DNA of 32,115 nt from positions 1 to 32,115 of the forward strand of contig CAXBQP010000034.1 in the NCBI GenBank assembly GCA_963978095.1. The letters run 5' to 3'. The notes under the pieces were generated by a model, which made no database searches, was not told where the DNA came from, and worked only from the letters and a program-made list of their open reading frames with translations. Source of the stretch: an uncultured bacterium (GTDB taxonomy: Bacteria; Gemmatimonadota; Gemmatimonadetes; Gemmatimonadales; Gemmatimonadaceae). Each line of letters starts with the position of its first letter. Positions within the stretch are counted from its first letter, which is position 1. Below, piece by piece: positions 28,857 to 32,115 of this stretch. Both the position numbers and the translations under genes were made by a program.

Positions 28857-29617
28857 TGCGCGTTGCCCTGATCTCGGATATCCACGGCAATCTGCCGGCG
28901 TTGCAATCCGTGCTCGCCGACATCGAGGCGCGCACGACCGTCACGGGCACACTCCACCTCGGCGATCTGGTGGGCTACGCGCCATGGCCCAACGAGGTCG
29001 TGTCCCTCCTGCGCGAGCGCGGCATCAACGGCGTCGCGGGCAACTACGACTCCACTGTCGCAACGACGTACGAGCACTGCGGGTGCCGCTACGAGGATCC
29101 GCGCCAAGAGGCGCTCGCGCATGAGAGCTATGCGTGGACGCTCGCCCACACTTCGGATGCGGCCAAGCGCTGGCTCGGTGCCCTTCCCTTCTCACTGACC
29201 GTGCGCGCCGATGGCGGACACAAGAGCGGCGCGAAACTCGTGCTCGTGCATGGGACCCCGGTGCTCAACACGGCGTATTGGCACGAGGACCGCGATGACG
29301 ATTTCTGTCGTCGCATGGCCGAGACGGCACAACTCAGAAGCGGCGATCTCATCGCCTTCGGACACACGCACAAGCCGTGGACTCGAGTCGTCGACGGGAT
29401 CCGCTTCGTGAACACCGGCTCCGTCGGGCGTCCGAAGGACGGCGATCCGCGCGCCGGCTATGTGATCGTCACGCACGACGCCGCCGGATGGCAGGTGGAG
29501 TTCGTGCGCGTCCCCTATGACGTCGAGGGCGCCGCGGCCGCGATCACCGCGGGGGGCCTCCCCGCGGAGTTCGCCGAGTATCTACGCAGCGGCGGCGCAC
29601 GTCTCGACCCCCTCTGA
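28856..29617 (+). CDS. calcineurin-like metallophosphoesterase
   Basis: SDIHGN, LGDLVGY, GNYD, VHG, FGHTH, NTGSVG motifs plus HCGC; ATG overlaps the upstream stop (TGATG). Confidence 0.9.
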   Translation: MRVALISDIHGNLPALQSVLADIEARTTVTGTLHLGDLVGYAPWPNEVVSLLRERGINGVAGNYDSTVATTYEHCGCRYEDPRQEALAHESYAWTLAHTSDAAKRWLGALPFSLTVRADGGHKSGAKLVLVHGTPVLNTAYWHEDRDDDFCRRMAETAQLRSGDLIAFGHTHKPWTRVVDGIRFVNTGSVGRPKDGDPRAGYVIVTHDAAGWQVEFVRVPYDVEGAAAAITAGGLPAEFAEYLRSGGARLDPL

Positions 29618-29629
29618 AACGCTGATCTC

Positions 29630-30685
29630 GTGACCTCTGCCACGTCCCTCGACGCGCCGATCCTCCGGCGCCTTTCCGTCGTCGACCGCTTCCTTCCGCT
29701 CTGGATCTTCGCCGCCATGGCGATCGGCGTGGGACTCGGCCGCGCGTATCCCGAGCTCGGGGCCGCGCTTGACCGAATCACGGTGGCTGGTGTGTCGGTG
29801 CCGATCGGCATCGGCCTGCTCTGGATGATGTACCCCGTGCTGGCGAAGGTGCGCTACGGCGCCATCGGCACGCATCTCGCCGACGGGCGACTCCTCGGCA
29901 CGTCGCTCGTGCTCAACTGGGTGATCGGTCCCCTCGTCATGCTTGGGCTCGCCTGGCTCTTCCTCCCCGACCTCCCCGCATACCGCAACGGCCTCGTGTT
30001 GATCGGCCTCGCCCGCTGCATCGCGATGGTGTTGCTCTGGAATGCGCTCGCCTGCGGCTCGGCGGAGATCGCCGCGGTGCTCGTGGCACTCAACTCGGTG
30101 TTCCAGATCCTCACCTATTCGGTGCTCGGCTGGCTATTCCTGACGGTGATCCCCGGCTGGTTCGGTGGCGATGTCACCACCGTGCAGGTATCGATGGGCG
30201 CGATCGCCAAGAGTGTTGGCATCTTCCTTGGCGTGCCGCTCGTGGCCGGGTATCTCACGCGACGCGTGCTGATCGCACGGAAGGGTGAGTCGTGGTACGA
30301 CGGCGTCTTCATGCCTCGCTTCGGCCCGACCGCACTGCTCGGCCTACTCTATACCATTGTGTTGATGTTCGCGATGCAGGGGAATCGCATCCTCGCGTTG
30401 CCGATGGACGTGTTGCGGATTTCAGTCCCGCTGCTCGCGTATTTCCTGTTGATGTTCGGCGGCGCGTTCCTGTTGGGGCGGCGAATGCGCTTCCCGTACG
30501 AGACCACCGCATCGCTCGCGTTCACCGCGGCCGGGAACAACTTCGAACTCGCCATCGCCGTCGCGGTCGCGACGTTCGGGATCGGGTCGGGGGAGGCGCT
30601 GGCGGCCGTCGTGGGACCGTTGATCGAAGTGCCGGCACTGGTGGGGTTGGTGTATGTGGCGCTCTGGGCAAAGAGACGCTGGTAA
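29630..30685 (+). CDS. acr3: Acr3-family arsenite efflux transporter
   Basis: DRFL.LWI, MMYP, LNWVIGP, GLARCIAMV..WN, GNNFELAIAVA, GPLIEVP. Confidence 0.96.
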   Translation: MTSATSLDAPILRRLSVVDRFLPLWIFAAMAIGVGLGRAYPELGAALDRITVAGVSVPIGIGLLWMMYPVLAKVRYGAIGTHLADGRLLGTSLVLNWVIGPLVMLGLAWLFLPDLPAYRNGLVLIGLARCIAMVLLWNALACGSAEIAAVLVALNSVFQILTYSVLGWLFLTVIPGWFGGDVTTVQVSMGAIAKSVGIFLGVPLVAGYLTRRVLIARKGESWYDGVFMPRFGPTALLGLLYTIVLMFAMQGNRILALPMDVLRISVPLLAYFLLMFGGAFLLGRRMRFPYETTASLAFTAAGNNFELAIAVAVATFGIGSGEALAAVVGPLIEVPALVGLVYVALWAKRRW

Positions 30686-30970
30686 AACACCGGCTCACGG
30701 CCCACGAATCTCAGACGACTCCCGGGTCACAGGAGGTCGCGCAGAGCACATTCTCTCCGTTTTGCGATATCGACCGCACGGGAGGTGGGTGTTTCCCTTT
30801 TATACGTTTGTTGGCTATTGCCACAAAAAAAAGTCTATTTGCCGGCTATTTCTCGAAGTTATGAACATTTTTTTTGACGGTTGCGCCGATCGGACTGACG
30901 CTATTTTAGTCACTCAGTTGTTGATTGTTTTTTCGTGCCGTTCGCTGACTCCCCACGTTCAGGAGGATCG

Positions 30971-31462
30971 ATGATGATCGCACGCTCCCGCTTCGTTCGG
31001 TTTTCTGTCGCTGGACTGCTTGTACTCGCTGCCTGCAACCCGTCGAGTAAGCCCGACTCCGCAGCCAGCGATGCGGCTGCGCACAAAGCTCACGAGAACT
31101 ACGTCCGGGTCATCAACTCGAACAACACGGATTCACTCATGTCCATGTTGACGGAGGACGTGGTGTACCTCGCATCAGGCGCGAAACCCTTCGTCGGCAA
31201 GGGAGCCGTCCGCCCGTGGATCGATGGGTATTACAAGGCGTTCCACACCACGTGGGACAAGCCGGTGGAAGAGTTTGTAGTGGCCGGTGATTTTGCGTAC
31301 GAGCGCTACCGCTACACCTCGACGGACGTCCCCGCTGCCGGTGGCACGCCAATCGTTGACACGGGGTGGGGATTCATTGTGTATCGCCGTGAATCGGACG
31401 GCGTCTGGCGTGTCGCGCGAGACGCGTGGGGCCCTGATCACGCGCCCGCTGCCGCGAAGTAG
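30971..31462 (+). CDS. NTF2/SnoaL-like (DUF4440/YybH-type) lipoprotein
   Basis: AGGAGG RBS, lipobox LAAC, NTF2-like pattern (TEDVV, GK.AV, AGDFAYE, RRESDGVWRV..D). Confidence 0.8.
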   Translation: MMIARSRFVRFSVAGLLVLAACNPSSKPDSAASDAAAHKAHENYVRVINSNNTDSLMSMLTEDVVYLASGAKPFVGKGAVRPWIDGYYKAFHTTWDKPVEEFVVAGDFAYERYRYTSTDVPAAGGTPIVDTGWGFIVYRRESDGVWRVARDAWGPDHAPAAAK

Positions 31463-31540
31463 CACCAGCGGCGCGCCGGATTGCCCGCGCGGCCGACCTG
31501 ACCTTTAGACCGTAAACCTTCCTCCAGGAGTTGCCTCATC

Positions 31541-31945
31541 ATGAAGATCCGTCACACAATCATCGCCGCCGTGCTGATCACGTCTGCCACGACGATGCAC
31601 GGCCAAACGGCGACAGCGGGGCTTCCGGGCTGCAAAGGAACGAGCGCCATCATGCGCACGTCGACTCTCACCGGGTCGCCGGCCAAGTTTCAAGCGGCGG
31701 TTGACGCCCATACAAAGTGGTATCGCGATCACGGGGTGACCACGAACAAGCAGGTGGTGGTTCCGATGTACAAGCGCGTGGACAGCACATACGTGGTGGA
31801 TTCGACGCAAGTGATCACGTTCCACACCAACCCGCCAAGCCCGGGTCCGAAGCACGATGCTGGGTGGGATGCCTTCACCAAGATGTATGCGGAGGTGTCG
31901 AAGGTGACGGCTACCTCCGCGGTGTGCTTGCCGAAGGGGTTGTAG
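31541..31945 (+). CDS. secreted hypothetical protein
   Basis: AGGAG RBS, Sec-type signal peptide, one Cys near each end of the mature chain. Confidence 0.75.
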   Translation: MKIRHTIIAAVLITSATTMHGQTATAGLPGCKGTSAIMRTSTLTGSPAKFQAAVDAHTKWYRDHGVTTNKQVVVPMYKRVDSTYVVDSTQVITFHTNPPSPGPKHDAGWDAFTKMYAEVSKVTATSAVCLPKGL

Positions 31946-32000
31946 TTGGGCTCCCTCCGCGGGCGAGAGCCGCAGCGAATCGAGGGGCATTCCATCGCCT

Positions 32001-32045
32001 AAAAGGTGATGGCGAGGCGAGCCCTGAAGGCTCGCCTCGCCATCA
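32001..32045 (-). terminator. intrinsic terminator downstream of tmRNA
   Basis: 17-bp perfect stem TGATGGCGAGGCGAGCC/GGCTCGCCTCGCCATCA (32007-32045) with a 5-nt loop, followed on the minus strand by CCTTTT. Confidence 0.8.
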
Positions 32046-32056
32046 ACCCACCAACG

Positions 32057-32115
32057 TGGAGGCGGGGAGATTCGAACTCCCGTCTTGCATAGGATCTTCC
32101 GCAACGTCTACGCGC
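32057..32115 (-). ncRNA. ssrA: tmRNA, 3' end only (gene continues beyond the window)
   Basis: Minus strand ...GCGTAGAC...GAC-GGGAG-TTCGAAT-CTCCC-CGCCTCC-A: T-arm, Ala-type acceptor strand and discriminator A, with no anticodon arm upstream; CCA not encoded. Confidence 0.85.

Noticed and set aside
30790..30935. Replication origin in the AT-rich patch
   Set aside because: No TTATCCACA-like DnaA boxes and no dnaA/dnaN context.
32057..32115. tRNA-Ser or tRNA-Ala interpretation of the terminal RNA
   Set aside because: No anticodon or variable arm geometry upstream of the T-arm; discriminator A, GAC before the T-stem and GCGTAGA fit tmRNA.

Overview
High-GC bacterial chromosomal segment; gene content and order suggest Gemmatimonadota, which is an inference. 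About 27 kb is housekeeping: a minus-strand block (mini PTS-IIA remnant, aspS, phoH, ybeY, corC), rlmN, a minus-strand trpC-trpF-trpB-trpA-yqeK-like-LytR_C run, lexA inserted in the opposite orientation between trpD and trpC, and a long plus-strand run of truA, a transaldolase-fold gene, a DegP-like protease, purB, purC, psd, pssA, purS, purQ, purL, purF and ppdK. The last 5 kb is accessory-looking: an arsenic operon (arsR-arsM-arsN2-metallophosphoesterase-acr3, no arsC), an AT-rich spacer, two secreted-protein genes and the 3' end of tmRNA with its terminator. Main signals: (1) an intact FSA/transaldolase-fold protein that has lost essentially all catalytic residues, including the Schiff-base Lys; (2) an ars operon with a Cys-bearing calcineurin-like phosphoesterase and no arsC; (3) twin CTTCGG-N4-TGTTCGG direct-repeat boxes upstream of lexA, one covering the putative trpC start, in a possible non-contiguous trp operon; (4) an in-frame, internally deleted PTS EIIA lacking its phospho-His; (5) a long disordered acidic/poly-Arg tail on PssA. 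No CRISPR array, integrase or transposase was seen.
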